The notes under the pieces: generated by a model
Databases searched by the model: none
The model's input: only the letters and a program-made list of their open reading frames with translations
Told to the model about the DNA's origin: nothing
Shown here: positions 38,844 through 52,140 of the stretch, in pieces
How positions within the stretch are numbered: the stretch's first letter is position 1
How the letters are laid out: each line of letters starts with the position of its first letter
Made by a program: the position numbers and the translations under genes
Assembly (NCBI GenBank): GCA_964016885.1
Contig: OZ024752.1
Location: forward strand, 17,236,001 to 17,300,000
Direction of reading: 5' to 3'
From: Eledone cirrhosa
Taxonomy: Eukaryota
Length of the DNA stretch: 64,000 nt

Positions 38844-39032
38844 GGGCGGTGAATTGGCAGTATCGGTAGAGGGTTGGACGCCATGCTTTCTAGCATAGTT
38901 ACGTCCCTTTACGGTTTGAGTTCAAATCCCGCTGAGGTTAACTTTGCCTTTCATCCTTACGGGGTCGATAAAATAAAGTACCAGTAATGTACTGGTAATT
39001 TGCTGGCCTTGTGCCTAAAGTAGAAACAATTA
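38844..39032 (+). mobile_element. Full-length tRNA-derived SINE
   Basis: GGGCGGTGAATTGGCAGTATCGG (A box), GAGTTCAAATCCC (B box), conserved core; similar ATTATTAATATATATCAT sequence on both sides. Confidence 0.9.
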
Positions 39033-39369
39033 TTAATATATATCATGTTTAACTAGAATTATTACAAGCGTTGCCTTAAAAAGATATTAAACTAGACCTG
39101 AAAAATGCGCAAGCTCAAAAGAGCCACAACATGTTATAATAAAATTTCAAAAGTGTGGGACTAGAGTTGTTGCTCAAAAATATTGTAATCATTATCTATC
39201 GTACACTCTGTGGCATCCTTTTATAAAAAAAGAGACTCATAACGAACTCAAGATGACACGATAATTATTTAAGTGAATTTATAATATAGAATTCGGTTTA
39301 AGTGCATTTCGTATTAATCATTACTAAACATCTAATATGAGATATTGAACATTAGCTTAAATAATTATC

Positions 39370-41672
39370 GTGTCGTTGTGAGGCGGCGAGATGTACAGGA
39401 TCTGTGCAGTGTTCGTGTGATGCGTGGGGCAGAGTGTTGGACCGACCATCGTCTGGTGAGAGCAAGAGCAAGATGTGTAGTTCGTAAAAGGGAGAAACGG
39501 CGAGGGGTATCACTTCCGAAACGGCTGAACGTTGCCCGTCTGAAGGATCCTGAAGTCAGAGAAAATCTGGTTAAAAAGATGAATGCGTTAGAGTGCGGAA
39601 ATGACTGGACTTCCTTTAAGGAGGCAGTTTATGGGGCATGTGCTGATGTTGTTGGATTCACGGATAAGAAGCATCAGGATTGGTTTGACCAAAATGACAA
39701 GCTTATAGACAAGCTTTTGGAGGAGAAATATATGCTCCACTCCGCATTGCTTGGTAGTGATTTAAGTACCGATCGGCAGAAGGCAATCGCTGATAAGCTG
39801 AAGCTCGTAAAAGCTGATGTGCAACGAAAATTGCGTGAAATGAAGAATAAATGGTGGAATGACAAAGCCGATGAAATACAACTTGCGTCGGATGTGAAGG
39901 ACGTTAAGGCAATGTATAATCTTCTTCGTGAAGTGTATGGACCACCTACATCACCAGTTGCGCCTCTTAGGACAAAGGATGGCAATCAGCTCCTTAGAGA
40001 TCCCAATGATATCCTGTTGAGATGGCGGGAACACTTTGACGAGCTTCTCAATAGGGATTCAGAGGTTGACGAAGAGTTTATCAGGTCCATACCTGATAAG
40101 CCAGTAAAGGAAATCCTTGCTGAGCCTCCAACGATCGAGGAGGTTAAAAGTTCTGTCAGGAAACTCAACGGTGGGAAGTCGTCCGGATTGGATGGGCTGT
40201 ATGCTGAGATCTTGAAGCACGGTGGAGAGAATCTCTTGCACCGACTTCATTCTTTGGTTCTGGATGCCTGGAACAACAATCATGTTCCCAATGACTGGAA
40301 GGATGCTGTGATGGTTGTTTTGTACAAGGGAAAGGGAGACAGGGATAACTGCGGAAACTATCGTGGAATATCACTGTTGTATGTTGTCGGCAAAGTAGTT
40401 CTCTGTAGAATTCTGTTGGGCTGTTTGTTGCTCCACATTGCTGATGAAACTCTACCAGAGTCGCAGTCGGGCTTTTGGGCTGGGCGTGGCACTGTGGACA
40501 TGATCTTTACAGCCAGACAACTGCAGGAAAAGTGTGTTGAGCAAAATATGGATCTCTACCAGGTGTTTGTTGGTCTGACAAAGGCGTTTGACACGGTCAA
40601 CAGAAAGGCTTTATGGGATATCTTGAGGAAGCTGGGGTGCCCTGAGAATTTTTTTTTCCATTTTGCGTTTGTTTCATGATGACATGAAGGCATAGGTAAA
40701 TGTTGGTGGAAAGTTCTCTGAGCCGGTGACGGTCGAGAATGGAGTCAAACAGGGTGACATTCCAGCTCCAACGCTCTTTGCTTTTTACTTCTCCATTGTC
40801 TTCGAACAGGCCTTCGGGAACTGCAATCATGGTATATATGTTCGCTATCGATCAACTGTAAAGCTGTTTAATACCAGGAGGTTCAATGCTAAGTCAAAGG
40901 TTCACTTGTCTCTAATCAGGGATTTGCTTTATGCAGATGACTGTGACCTGGTAGCGCACACTGAGATTGATATGCAGCATCTCATGGATGCATTTTCTAA
41001 TGCGTGTACTGCATTGGGACTTACCATAAGCCTGAAAAAGACAGTAGCCATGTACCAACCAGCCCCTGGGAAGCCATGTTGTGAGCGCAACATCTTGGTT
41101 TATGGTGAAAGGCTAAGGGTCGTTGGCAGTTTTGTATATCTTGGAAGCACTCTGAGTATGTCCTGCGATCTTGATGGGGAAATATCAAACAGGATACAGA
41201 AAGCCAGTGATGCTTTTGGAAAACTGAACAAGCGTCTCTGGTCTCAACATGGAATTTCGGTAAAGACAAAGCTCAAAGTATCATGCGTGTGTGCTCGCGG
41301 CACTTCTTTATGCTTGTGAGACGTGGGTGGTCTACCGTAGACAGATGAAGCGACTTGAGAGGTTCCACCAGTACTGCTTACGTCGGATCCTCGGCATAAC
41401 TTGGCAAATGTTTGTCAGTGACGTCGAGGTTCTGGACAGAAGTGGCTGTGATAGTGTCAAGTCCTTGATTTTGAAACATCAGCTGCGTTGGACAGGCCAT
41501 CTTATAAGGATGAATGACAAGCGAATGCCGAAGCAGCTGCTTTATGGCGAGCTCCAAATGGGGAAAAGGAACGCGAGCAAACCCAAGATGCGTTTTAAGG
41601 ACTGCATCAAGGGGGCGCTCAAGAAAAGTAACATCCCTTGTGAGCACTGGGAAGCATGCGCTAGCGACCGAT
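39370..41672 (+). mobile_element. 5'-truncated RTE LINE (related to 1660-5220), interrupted
   Basis: ORFs 39345-40679, 40726-41319 (GVKQGD, LLYADDCDL) and 41291-41670; frameshifted. Confidence 0.92.
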
Positions 41673-41675
41673 CGC

Positions 41676-42650
41676 TTCCCACCTACATTAGTGATCCCCT
41701 CTGGCTTCTCAACATTCTTTACTACATATTTTGTTTTAGTCTCATTCATTATCAGCCCCACACTCATCGACACAGTCTCAACCTCCTGCATCAAATCCTC
41801 TGCCTCCTTCACTGTATTTGTCACCAAAACTATGTCGTCGGCAAATTCAGCATCCGATATCTTTTTCGCCTTAACTCTCCTGCTCTGAGCCGGTGTTACA
41901 GTAAAGCCAGAGTCCTGGTGTTTCTCCAGTGCAAGGCGCATACAATAGTCCACTATGATGATAAAAATATCAGGTAGATCAGGCGGCTGTTTGAAGAACT
42001 GGATATTGAGACAGAGCCCTTCACCAGAGAGGAGCTTCAGAGAGCCAAGAAGATCAAGGAGGGCAAGGCTCATGGAGAAGATGGAGTGGCATCAGAGGTA
42101 ATGAAGAGGTGTGATTTTGATGATATCATCCTGGGGTTCTGTAACCAGGCACTGGATAAAGGAGTTGCCCCGAATCAGTGGAGGATCAGTAACATCGTCC
42201 CAGTGCCAAAGAAGGGAGATCTCTCTAACACCAACAACTACAGGGGGATCTCACTGACATCACTTGTGGCAAAGACCCTCAACAGGATGATTCTTAACAG
42301 GATCCAGCCTGAGATGAAGAAGAAGCTCAGGGACAACCAGAACGGCTTCAGAGCAGGAAGATCAACCACCAGTCACATCCTGATGCTGAGGAGGATATTA
42401 GAGGGAGCTAGAGCAAAGTGCCTTCCTGCGGTCATGGTTTTCATTGACTTTAGGAAGGCCTTTGATTTTGTGGACCGTCACTGCCTGATGAAGATCTTAC
42501 AGGCTTCAGGAATCCCAAAGAAGATAGTGGACCTGATATCACTGCTCTACACCAACACCAAAGCCCAAGTCATTACACCTGATGGGAGTTCTTTGAGATA
42601 CTGGCTGGAGTGCTCCAGGGAGATACATTGGCTCCTTATCATCGTAGTGA
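41676..42650. mobile_element. Internally inverted fragment of the RTE-X-like family
   Basis: 41676-41970 (-) matches 15032-15325 (contains FADD); 41975-42650 (+) matches 14356-15050. Confidence 0.9.
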
Positions 42651-43079
42651 ACTTTTTATGTATGTCTATTTATCTATCTATTGATGTACGCATATATATA
42701 TATATATAATTATTTCTATTTTTGGCACAAGGCAAGCAATTATCTCAGTGCATTACTGATACTTTATTTTGTCGACCCCGTAAGGATAATAAGAACAAAG
42801 TAGAGGTTTTACATACGAGATTTATTGCTTAACCCAGTTATCTTTCCCAGGCAGCTCGCTCGTGATCTGGGTTCATCATCCCAGACCAGACTCCAAGTCT
42901 GCCTGATCCTCAGACCAGTGTTAACACATCGAAAAGGAAGGTAAGGAAAAGAGACTGCTCTGAACTGCCTGCTGTTGAACATCATCTGGTTTTCCAGCAC
43001 TGTGGTCGAGTCTGCCTGAATAAAACTGGTTTGACTAGACACGAACAAAGTCATATCAGTAGACCTTATGTAGATTATG

Positions 43080-43330
43080 TCCTGAAAAGGTGTAAAGAAT
43101 GTGGCAAGAAGTGTGCTAGCATGGGAGGTCTTAAAATACACATGAGAACACACAGCCAGAACAAAGCAATGGAAAGTCCCGGAGGAGCCTATAGCTGCCA
43201 AGTATGTGCCAGAGGGTGCACATTTTTGGCTGGTTTGAAAAGCCACATTCGTGCCTCACATTTGGCTATGCTTGATCATGAGTTTGCGGCCATCATGTAT
43301 GTGTGTATGTGTATATGTGTGTGTGTATGT
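43080..43330 (+). mobile_element. RTE 3' end (two C2H2-like fingers, stem-loop, (TATG)n tail)
   Basis: CKECGKKCASMGGLKIHMRTH..CQVCARGCTFLAGLKSHIRASH; probably the continuation of 39370-41672. Confidence 0.8.
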
Positions 43331-43509
43331 AGGTATGCATGTAAGTCTGCATGTGTGTGTGCGCGCGCGTGCATGTATGCATGCATATTCGTAACAAGAC
43401 TAACTATTTAACTTTAAAAAATATGAATCTCTTTCTCTCTCTCTTTGTCTCTATATCTCTTTATGCATGCATATATGTGTGTATGTATGCATCTCTCTCT
43501 TTCTCCCCC

Positions 43510-43578
<69 letters not shown>

Positions 43579-43613
43579 CGTGTGTGTGTGCGTGCATGTG
43601 TCTGTATGTATGT

Positions 43614-45200
43614 TAGGTCGCTCTTCAGCGCTACTGGTAATAGGTAACCCAGTACAACCTGTTCATGGTTGGATCGTCGGCGACTAAAACTGCAAGTTCG
43701 CCCAGCTTGATTGGTGAGGAGGAGGATTTTGGACACCCTGCGAGATGCAAAACAAAACCCGTCAAAGGGTGGGAATCAGGAGTATAAACGGCCATCCAAG
43801 AAAGTATTTTTTAAGGGGGGGGGGAGGAGAGAGCCCTCGTCTTAATTAAGACATCTCTCTGGAAGGTCACTCTGATATAAAACCTGCGACATCGTTTGCA
43901 TCCAATGGTGTAGACCAGTTCTATTTTTTGAGTAAATGTATTCGATGTTCAGAGGGTGGGATTGGCTCCGTGCACAGTCTTTCCTCACTTAAGAAAGTTT
44001 CAAGCCCCGGCATCGCTTGATATGTGACATTTTTTGTGATGCATGGTATTGCTGGCCATAGGCAGGTCCCTAGCAGGACTAAAAAGCTACGTCCGTGATA
44101 TTCATGATTAAGTTTCAAGCGATGGCATTACGCGAAATCTAGTTTCATGTATGTATGTATGTATGTATGTATGTATGTATGTATGTATGTATGTATGTAT
44201 GTATGTATGTATGTATGTATGTATGTATTGGGTAAGAGAGTGCGACTGGCTTTGTGCAGTGCCTTTGCTCACTATAAAAGCTTCACGGCACAGGCATTGC
44301 TTTATATCTGGAGATCTCTCTGCACTTGTCGTCACATGGTACAATGGGCCCAGCACTATGTGTCAATAATTGTCACAAGTGTAGTGTTTGTACCAGAGTT
44401 TTCAAGTCGCTGGCTGGACTAAAAAGTCACACTCGTTCAGCGCATCGGTAGGGGTTCTCCTACATGGATATAAAGTAGTGGCCGTACTCGAAAACGAGTT
44501 GGCAGCCACCATGTATGTATGTATGTATGTATGTATGTATGTATGTATGTATGTATGTATGTATGTTATCTACTGGTAACATGTATCCCAGTACAACCTG
44601 CCTCATGGTTGGGTCGTTGGCGACTAAACTGGCAACCCCACCAAGGTTTCTTGGTGAGGAGGGTGACTTTGGACATCCTGCAGGACTAAAAACAAAACCT
44701 GTCAAAGGGCAAAGGAGCTCTTAAGAGTCAATGGCCATCCAAAATCACCGGGAGAGATGACCCCTTAGCCTTGTCTGATATAACACCTGCAACCCTGATG
44801 GTATCCAATGATGTTGACTTGTTCTTCTTTTTGGTAAATATCATCTTGGTTAAGAGAGTGGGACTGGCTTTGTGCAGTGCCTTTGCTCACTATAAAAGCT
44901 TCACGGCACAGGCATTGCTTTATATCTGGAGATCTCTCTACACTTGTAGTCACATGGTACCATGGGCCCAGCACTATGTCTCAATAATTGTCACAAGTGT
45001 AGTGTTTGTACCAGAGTTTTCAAGTCACTGGCTGGACTAAAAAGTCACACTTGTTCAGCGCATCGGTAGGGGATCTCCTACATGGATATAAAGTAGTGGC
45101 CGTACTCGAAAACGAGTTGGCAGCCACCATGTATGTATGTATGTGTGTATGTATGTATGTATGTATGTATGTATGTATGTATGTATGTATGTATGTATGT
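43614..45200 (+). mobile_element. Cluster of short non-coding RTE-derived elements separated by (TATG)n
   Basis: 5' heads at 43614 and 44568; ~290-bp direct repeat 44228-44512 / 44828-45130, each ending GGCCGTACTCGAAAACGAGTTGGCAGCCACC-(ATGT)n. Confidence 0.65.
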
Positions 45201-45900
45201 ATGTTCTTCTGGTTTTATAATTTCATAAGGTTTTACCAATAGAGAGAGAGTCGGTTTCTAACATAGACACAAGGCTCTCTCATTGGAATTTACACAACAT
45301 CAACTAGGTAGATATGTATGCATGCATGCGTAGATATGGATGTTATTGTATGTGTGGATGTGTATGTTTTGAGTTGTATGTGTGCATGTGTATATGCTTT
45401 TTATCTGTACATGTGTATAAGCAGTTATTAGATGCAAAATATTTGGAATGTTTTACATATTCTTTACTGTTCTATTAATGGATTGTACTTGTAGTTTCCT
45501 AACTAGTTGTTCTTTCTGTTCCTGTGAAGCCTAGCTTCTCAAGATTTGTATTGAGGCAGTTACTAACATATGCCAGTGCTCCAATAATCACAGGCATAAA
45601 TCTGAAGGTGTAATCAGGGTGGAGTATCTGCAGATTTCTCATCAGTTCTGCATAAATATTCTCCTTTTAACTCATCTTTGATATTATATTGGCATCTGCT
45701 AGGCAGCTAATTTCCACTACTGTGTATGTTTTCTTTTCCCTTTCCCATATCATAATATCTAGTCTGTTATGCCTGCATTTTATTGGGGTTTTTACTGGAA
45801 CATTCCACCAGTACTCTTTCATATTATGTACATATGTCTTCCACATTGCTGTAGCTTTTAATGTGTTTATTATCGGGGCTATCTTTTTTACGAACTGCAT
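45201..45900 (-). mobile_element. R4/Dong-type RLE 3' fragment
   Basis: Reverse complement of 1-625; EYWWNVPVKTPIKCRHNRLDIMIW. Confidence 0.85.
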
Positions 45901-46013
45901 TGTATGTATGTGTGTGTGTAAGCATGTATTCATGTGTGGTGCAAGCTGAACTATCGAAGATATACCCAAATTATAGATATTGTTCAGGTGTTTTGCAACC
46001 TTTATTCATATAA

Positions 46014-47257
46014 CTAAAGACGAATCCATTGTGGCAGAAAATAATCATTATAGTCAGCATTGTACGCATTTCGAAGTCCGGATTTTTCTTTAGCTGGTGG
46101 GAAAAAGTAAGTAACTTTTCCTTTACATAAGAATCCAGCCCACCAGCTGAAACTACCTACAGAAGAAATCAAATGATCACTGCTAGATAGAATAGCCATA
46201 TCTTCTGTTGCTGAGTTACCCTTTACAAAATAAGTACTATTGTCAAATATATTTTTTTCACACCATGGTATACCATTAGAACAAACAATAAATATCACAT
46301 TTTTATAATGAGATCGAAACCATTCTTTTGCCTTTATGAAATATTCCTTTGTAGCCACGTTATGTCCATGAGAGTTGTTAACCATATCACCACGTCGTAC
46401 ATGTATTCCCACCAACGTCCAGTTCTTTATTGATGTATTTATAGAAATGTTTTCATGAGTTTTAACAAAGTTCCTTAGAATTCTAACAGCTTTCTGTTTA
46501 ATGTTCTTTTTAAAAGTGAACTGGGAATGGATTTCGTCGAATATGTGTTCAAAATACTTGTAAGACTGTAAATATGTTCCAATAATAATATTGTTATTAT
46601 TACTAATATTAAAGAAACTAGGATCAAAAGAACTGGCATGGTGTTCATATTTTCTTTTAGCCTTATTGCAAGAAGATTTATTTTTCTCAAAACCGTATAT
46701 ATTAAATATTTTTTGTAAATTTATGTCATCATTACGAATAGTCACATTCATATTTTTTAGTCTTGCTAAACCTAAACCCGTTGCAAAAATAAACATTTGA
46801 TTACCCAACCTTCCAATTAAATTGATGCACACGTATTTTTGTGTAGTTCTTTGTCTTTCCAAACTTGTAGTATTATTGTAGGTAGGTGGTTGAGTGCTTG
46901 TTGTTCGTGTTTCCAAACTTGTTGTGTTATGGTAGGTAGGTGGTTGAGTACTTGTTGTTCGTGTTTCCAAACTTGTAGTGTTATGGTAGGTAGGTGGTTG
47001 AGTGCTTGTTCGTGTTTCCAAACTTGTAGTGTTATGGTAGGTAGGTGGTTGAGTAGATGTTATACGTTTCTTCAACATGGTCGTCTTAAGAAGAGTAGAC
47101 GGTGTGGTGAACTTTTCCAATTTGCTATTTCTTATAAAATTGACTGGTGATTTGAAATTAACTATTCTTTGTTGAATTCCGGTGAAGGGAATTCCCATAA
47201 AGACAAAATACAGGGAAACAACAGCCAACATACAAAGCCATAGAAACTTGCGTTGAT
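46014..47257 (-). CDS. Galactoside alpha-1,2-fucosyltransferase (CAZy GT11, FUT1/FUT2/Sec1-like); main coding exon of a type II membrane protein
   Basis: Intact ORF with GRLGNQMF, VGIHVRRGD, FIVCSN, DMAILS and SSVGSFSWWAG motifs; TM anchor RKFLWLCMLAVVSLYFVFMGIPF; polypyrimidine/CAG acceptor TTTCTACTTTTATTTTACAG ending at 47258; AATAAA at 46001-46006 (-). Confidence 0.93.
46852..47062 (-). repeat. Coding tandem repeat, 4 x 51-54 bp (T)TSTQPPTYHNTTSLETR
   Basis: Visible in both DNA and translation between the TM anchor and the catalytic domain. Confidence 0.92.
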
Positions 47258-47819
47258 CTGTAAAATAAAAGTAGAAACTATATAATGTAACTAGCTGGCC
47301 CCGTGCCGTCAAAAATGATGGCTCATTGTAATATCTATACATAATATAAACAAGAGATGTTTGTTGTTTGTTTCTTGGCACAAGAGTGATACGAATACAC
47401 AAAGGCATAGCCAATGTGTAGTCAATTCGCTATACATATACACAGACAAGTGTGACGAATCATAGAACGCTGGACTGCTATAGTTTCTCACCACTCTCCC
47501 TTCCTCAGTCATCACATACATGTGTGTGTATGTAATAATCATTTCTCTAAGTGTGTCTGTTTATATATATGTATGTGTAGATGCATGCGTGTATTTGTAA
47601 TTGTATAGTCTACGTATCTTTCTAAATAAAACACACACACACACACACGCACACACACACACACACACACACAAATATTATATATAAATATAATTTACAC
47701 AAACACACACACACGCACAAACACTCACATAATCATAACAGCCAATGTGTGTAGCCAATTTACTATACATATACACACACATACAGGAGTAGCGAATGTT
47801 AGACGCTGCTTCCTGTAGT

Positions 47820-48262
47820 TTGACATCATCCCTTCCTTCCTCAGTCATCCCTTGTGCGTGACGTCTCACCCCTTCCTTCCACAGTCATCTCTAGTGCGTG
47901 ACGTCATCACCCCTTCCTTCCTCAGTCGACGTAATCCCTCTTCCTTCCTCAGTCGACGTTATCACCCCTTCCTTCATCAGTCGACGTATCCCTTTTCCTT
48001 CCTCAGTCGACGTTATCACCCCTTCCTTCCTCATTCGACGTTATCACCCCTTCCTTCCTCAGTCGACGTAATCACCCCTTCATTTCTCTGACGATGTAAT
48101 CACCCCTTCCTTCCTCAGTCGACGTAATAAACCCTTCCTTTCTCAGTCGACGTAATACCCCCTTCCTTTCTCAGTCGACGTAATACCCCCTTCCTTCCTC
48201 AGTCGACGTAATACCCCCTTCCTTTCTCAGTCGACGTAATACCCCCTTCCTTCCTCAGTCAT
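47820..48262. repeat. CpG-rich ~30-31-bp minisatellite upstream of the fucosyltransferase exon
   Basis: Unit CAGTCGACGT(A/T)AT(C)ACCCCTTCCTTCCT, about a dozen copies. Confidence 0.88.
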
Positions 48263-48832
48263 GACTAGTATGTGACAGAGAGTAATTTTAAATGTAATAA
48301 ATAACGAAAAATTTAGCGGAGGTACATAAGGAATTATGTCGACCCAGTTCTGCTTGAAGCGTTGAGTTATGGCCTTTAAGTTCTGAGTTCAAATCCCGCC
48401 GAGGTTAACTTCGCCTTTCATCCTTACGGGGTCGAAATGGTTTAAGCATACATATATGTGTATATGTATATGTGTGTGCAAATATATATATATTTATATA
48501 TATATATAGTAATAATAAACATTTGAAGACTAAAATCCAAAGAGGGCTCGATAAGGATAAATATATATCAAATATATAAGAACCGTAGAGCAAATATTTA
48601 TTAAAATAACAGATTAAAGTTTAAGCAAAGAATCGCTGCTTTCACCCTTAACGGGATCTTCTGAAACTAACAAAGTCAATCTGTAAACGCAGAAGTGAAT
48701 ATTTCAAAAAACGTTACAACCGGAGGAAGACAGGAAGACGATACTTTGGTTCGTGGAAACGTTCCCTGGCAAAGAACGGGAAAACACGAATATAATACGT
48801 CATTATTTGGAGCGGTGAAAAACAATTACATG

Positions 48833-48967
<135 letters not shown>

Positions 48968-49332
48968 ATAGAATTAGAATTTCGTATTTCTTTAGAAATA
49001 CGTAATCCAAATATATATAAATATATATATATGAGTTCGGATCTAGCTGGTGAAACAACCGGAACTCAGCTGTCAGGGTCCTGACTTTTCCTATTACCCA
49101 TTCTACTAATCTAAGTATCGAGTACACTAGTACCTTATGGTCCACCTGGTTTCTCTAGCTTCACGCATAGCACCAGTAATGTACTGGGGTAATTGTTGGC
49201 CTTCTGCCAAAACTAGAAACAATTATTGGAGGAAATTACACCCGGCAGCATCGAAATGGTTTAAGCATGCACATATATGCGTATATATGTGTGTGTGTGA
49301 ATATATATATATTTTTTCTTTTTGAATATATA

Positions 49333-50042
49333 TCTATATATATAAAAAGATGAAGTTTTCTGTATGTGTATGTGGACAATTTTTAATGAGGGCTCATATA
49401 TTCTAAACCATTCATGCGATTTCTTTTAAATTTTTTACAGAGCTTCTCCTTGCACAAAACCTGTACATGATCTACAAAGGCTTTCAAAAATCGATATTGG
49501 GACCTTTGGAGACATTAAAAAAGTTTCGGTTATTTGTGTGAATTTTCGAGATTACGTAAGACAAGAGTTATCTTTAAGTGAAGACAAGAGTTACCTTTCA
49601 TAATTCGGCTCATTCGGATTTTAATTTACTCTTTGTACTTGAAACAAAAGCTACGCTTCCTTGAGACTAACAATATCATTTTGTATATTTTACAACCAGC
49701 AATTTCTAACAGATTACTAAGTTAAGTTATAGATTTGACATTGTATAATTTATCGTTTCAAGCTTGATGTTCATACATTAAGTGATGACATAACTTTTAT
49801 AATATTATGCTTTGTACATAATAGTGTCTATTATTCACTTCACTTCTCTATTTCATGATACGCTTTTACTGTTGTCAAAAAAGACACCGAGATCACATAT
49901 TAATTATTTCGCTGGAATAGTGCCTAAGGTTTTCATGTTTACATAAAGTACGTTTTTCTTCTATGTATGCAAATTTACTTTTAGTTTAATGAGCTACATC
50001 GAAAGCTACTTGAACCGTCCAAAGGACGGGTAGTTTAACTAG
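49333..50042 (+). mobile_element. Complete non-autonomous Helitron (~710 bp)
   Basis: A|TCTATATATATAAAAAG 5' end; 3' hairpin CCGTCC-AAA-GGACGG then CTAG|T; no TSD. Confidence 0.85.
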
Positions 50043-50751
50043 TATAGAATAGAATTAGAATTTAGCTTCGAGCATAGCTGTATACAAATATGTATTTGAA
50101 TTTCGTATTTCTAAAGAAATACGGTATGTTTATAACTAAACATTTACAAAAGCCGTAGCTTAAGTTTTTTGTTATACACGTACCGTATTTCTGGTTTCAT
50201 TAGCTTCACCCATAGCTGTATACATACATGTATTGAAATGTATGTTTATCCATAAACGTACATACATATGTATGGATAATAAACATACATATATATGTTT
50301 ATCCCAAGTGTCTGCTTGGTAATCTGCTCAAAATAAATGTTTGGCTTATTTTATTATATGAGAAAATTCTTTCTTTTTCCAACACCACCACCTCCACCCT
50401 TCCATTACCATCATCGTCATCACCACCACCAACACCACTATCATTATCATCTTCGTCACCACTACTGTCACTAGTACTACCGTAGCCACCAACCACAACC
50501 ATTTCACTACATCTCACCCCTTTCTCCTGTTCCGATCTTAAACACAGACTGAAATCCATACCTTTCGCAAATCTTTCCCTCTCTCTATCTCTTTCCTTTT
50601 CTCTCCCATTCTCTTTCTCTCACTATATCTCCCCTACACTCTCTCTTCCATTCTCTCTCTGATATTTTCTCTCTCCAACACTCCCTTTCTCTCGCAGACT
50701 ATCTTTCCCTCTCGCTCTCTCATTCTCACCCTCTCATTCCATTTACCTCTA

Positions 50752-51198
50752 ATGAGGAATCTGCAGATACTCCATCCTGACTATCCCTTCAGATTTATAC
50801 CTGTGATTATTGGAACACTGGGATATGTTAGTAACTGCCTCAGTACAAATCTTGATAAGCTGGACTTCACAGAACCAGAAAGAACACAATTAATTAGGAA
50901 ATTACAAGTACAATCCATTAATAGAACAGTAAAAATATGTAAAACATTCCAAAAATTCTTCATGTAAATATTGCATGTACACATGTACAGATACAAAACA
51001 TATGACCATGCACACATATAACTCAAAATATCTACATCCACACATACAATAACATCCATACCTACACACACACACGCCTGCAGATATACATACATAACTA
51101 CCTATTTGATGTTGAGTAAATTCCAATGAAAGAATCTTGTATCTATGTCAGAAACCGACTCTCTATTGGTAAAAATATATAAGAAATTATAAAACCAG

Positions 51199-51200
<2 letters not shown>
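50752..51200 (+). mobile_element. R4/Dong-type RLE 3' fragment
   Basis: MRNLQILHPDYPFRFIPVIIGTLG..., same family as 1-625. Confidence 0.85.
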
Positions 51201-51246
<46 letters not shown>

Positions 51247-51282
51247 GTTGAAAATTGCAAACTTGACTGTCACCACATATTA

Positions 51283-51321
51283 TGAACCTGAAGATTGCGA
51301 AAGCATGAAAGTACTTGTTCA
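51283..51321 (+). ncRNA. Minimal type I hammerhead ribozyme
   Basis: UGAAC-CUGAAGA-u-UGC-gaaa-GCA-u-GAAA-GUAC-UU-GUUCA; palindromic stem III AGUACU; 3' half duplicated just downstream. Confidence 0.78.
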
Positions 51322-51511
51322 GTTAACACATGAAAGTACTTGTTCAATTAACACTTAGAATTTAATATTCTATCATACTATTTCATTATAATACCATTAT
51401 AAATTTTAAAGGATTGTAAATAAAACGAGTAAATCAGACAAAGTTGGAATTCCTCTTATTAATATAATCTTCTATACACAATCATACACACCCGTGTATC
51501 TCTCTCTCTCT

Positions 51512-51583
<72 letters not shown>

Positions 51584-51888
51584 GTATGAGACGTAGCTCC
51601 GTTTAATTGATTATTTGTCTAGTTAAGTGCTACGGGCTAAGAGGAAAGACTGGATACATTTTATCTTACTGATCCTCGGGGAGAATAGTCGGTATCATTT
51701 GTCTATTATTTCTTCGAAGTTACATTTAAAACTTATAGATCAGTTTAAATGATTATTTATCTAATTGATTTCTACGGACTAGGGTGAAGAAAGATTGGGT
51801 GTATTTTATCTAATAATTCTTCAAACTTACAATTTTATATATATATATATATGTATATATATATACAAACATACATACATACATACTT

Positions 51889-52027
<139 letters not shown>

Positions 52028-52038
52028 ATGTATATATA

Positions 52039-52140
52039 CTAGACCACCCGTGACCAGTTGGGTCACGTTCGTTTCAAAATATTTTTTAAATAATTAAAAT
52101 ATACACAGACATGTATATAATGTGAAATGGAACTGGAAGG
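52039..52140 (-). mobile_element. Helitron 3' end
   Basis: On -: CGTGACC-caact-GGTCACG-ggtggt-CTAG|T. Confidence 0.7.

Noticed and set aside
38844-38940. tRNA gene
   Set aside because: The A and B boxes belong to a multi-copy SINE head; no cloverleaf is evident.
41291-42073. Novel long or overlapping ORFs (also 55499-56820)
   Set aside because: Chimeric read-through across junctions between different retroelement fragments.
43031-43411. Host C2H2 zinc-finger gene
   Set aside because: The fingers match the RTE C-terminus and are followed directly by the RTE 3' hairpin and (TATG)n tail.
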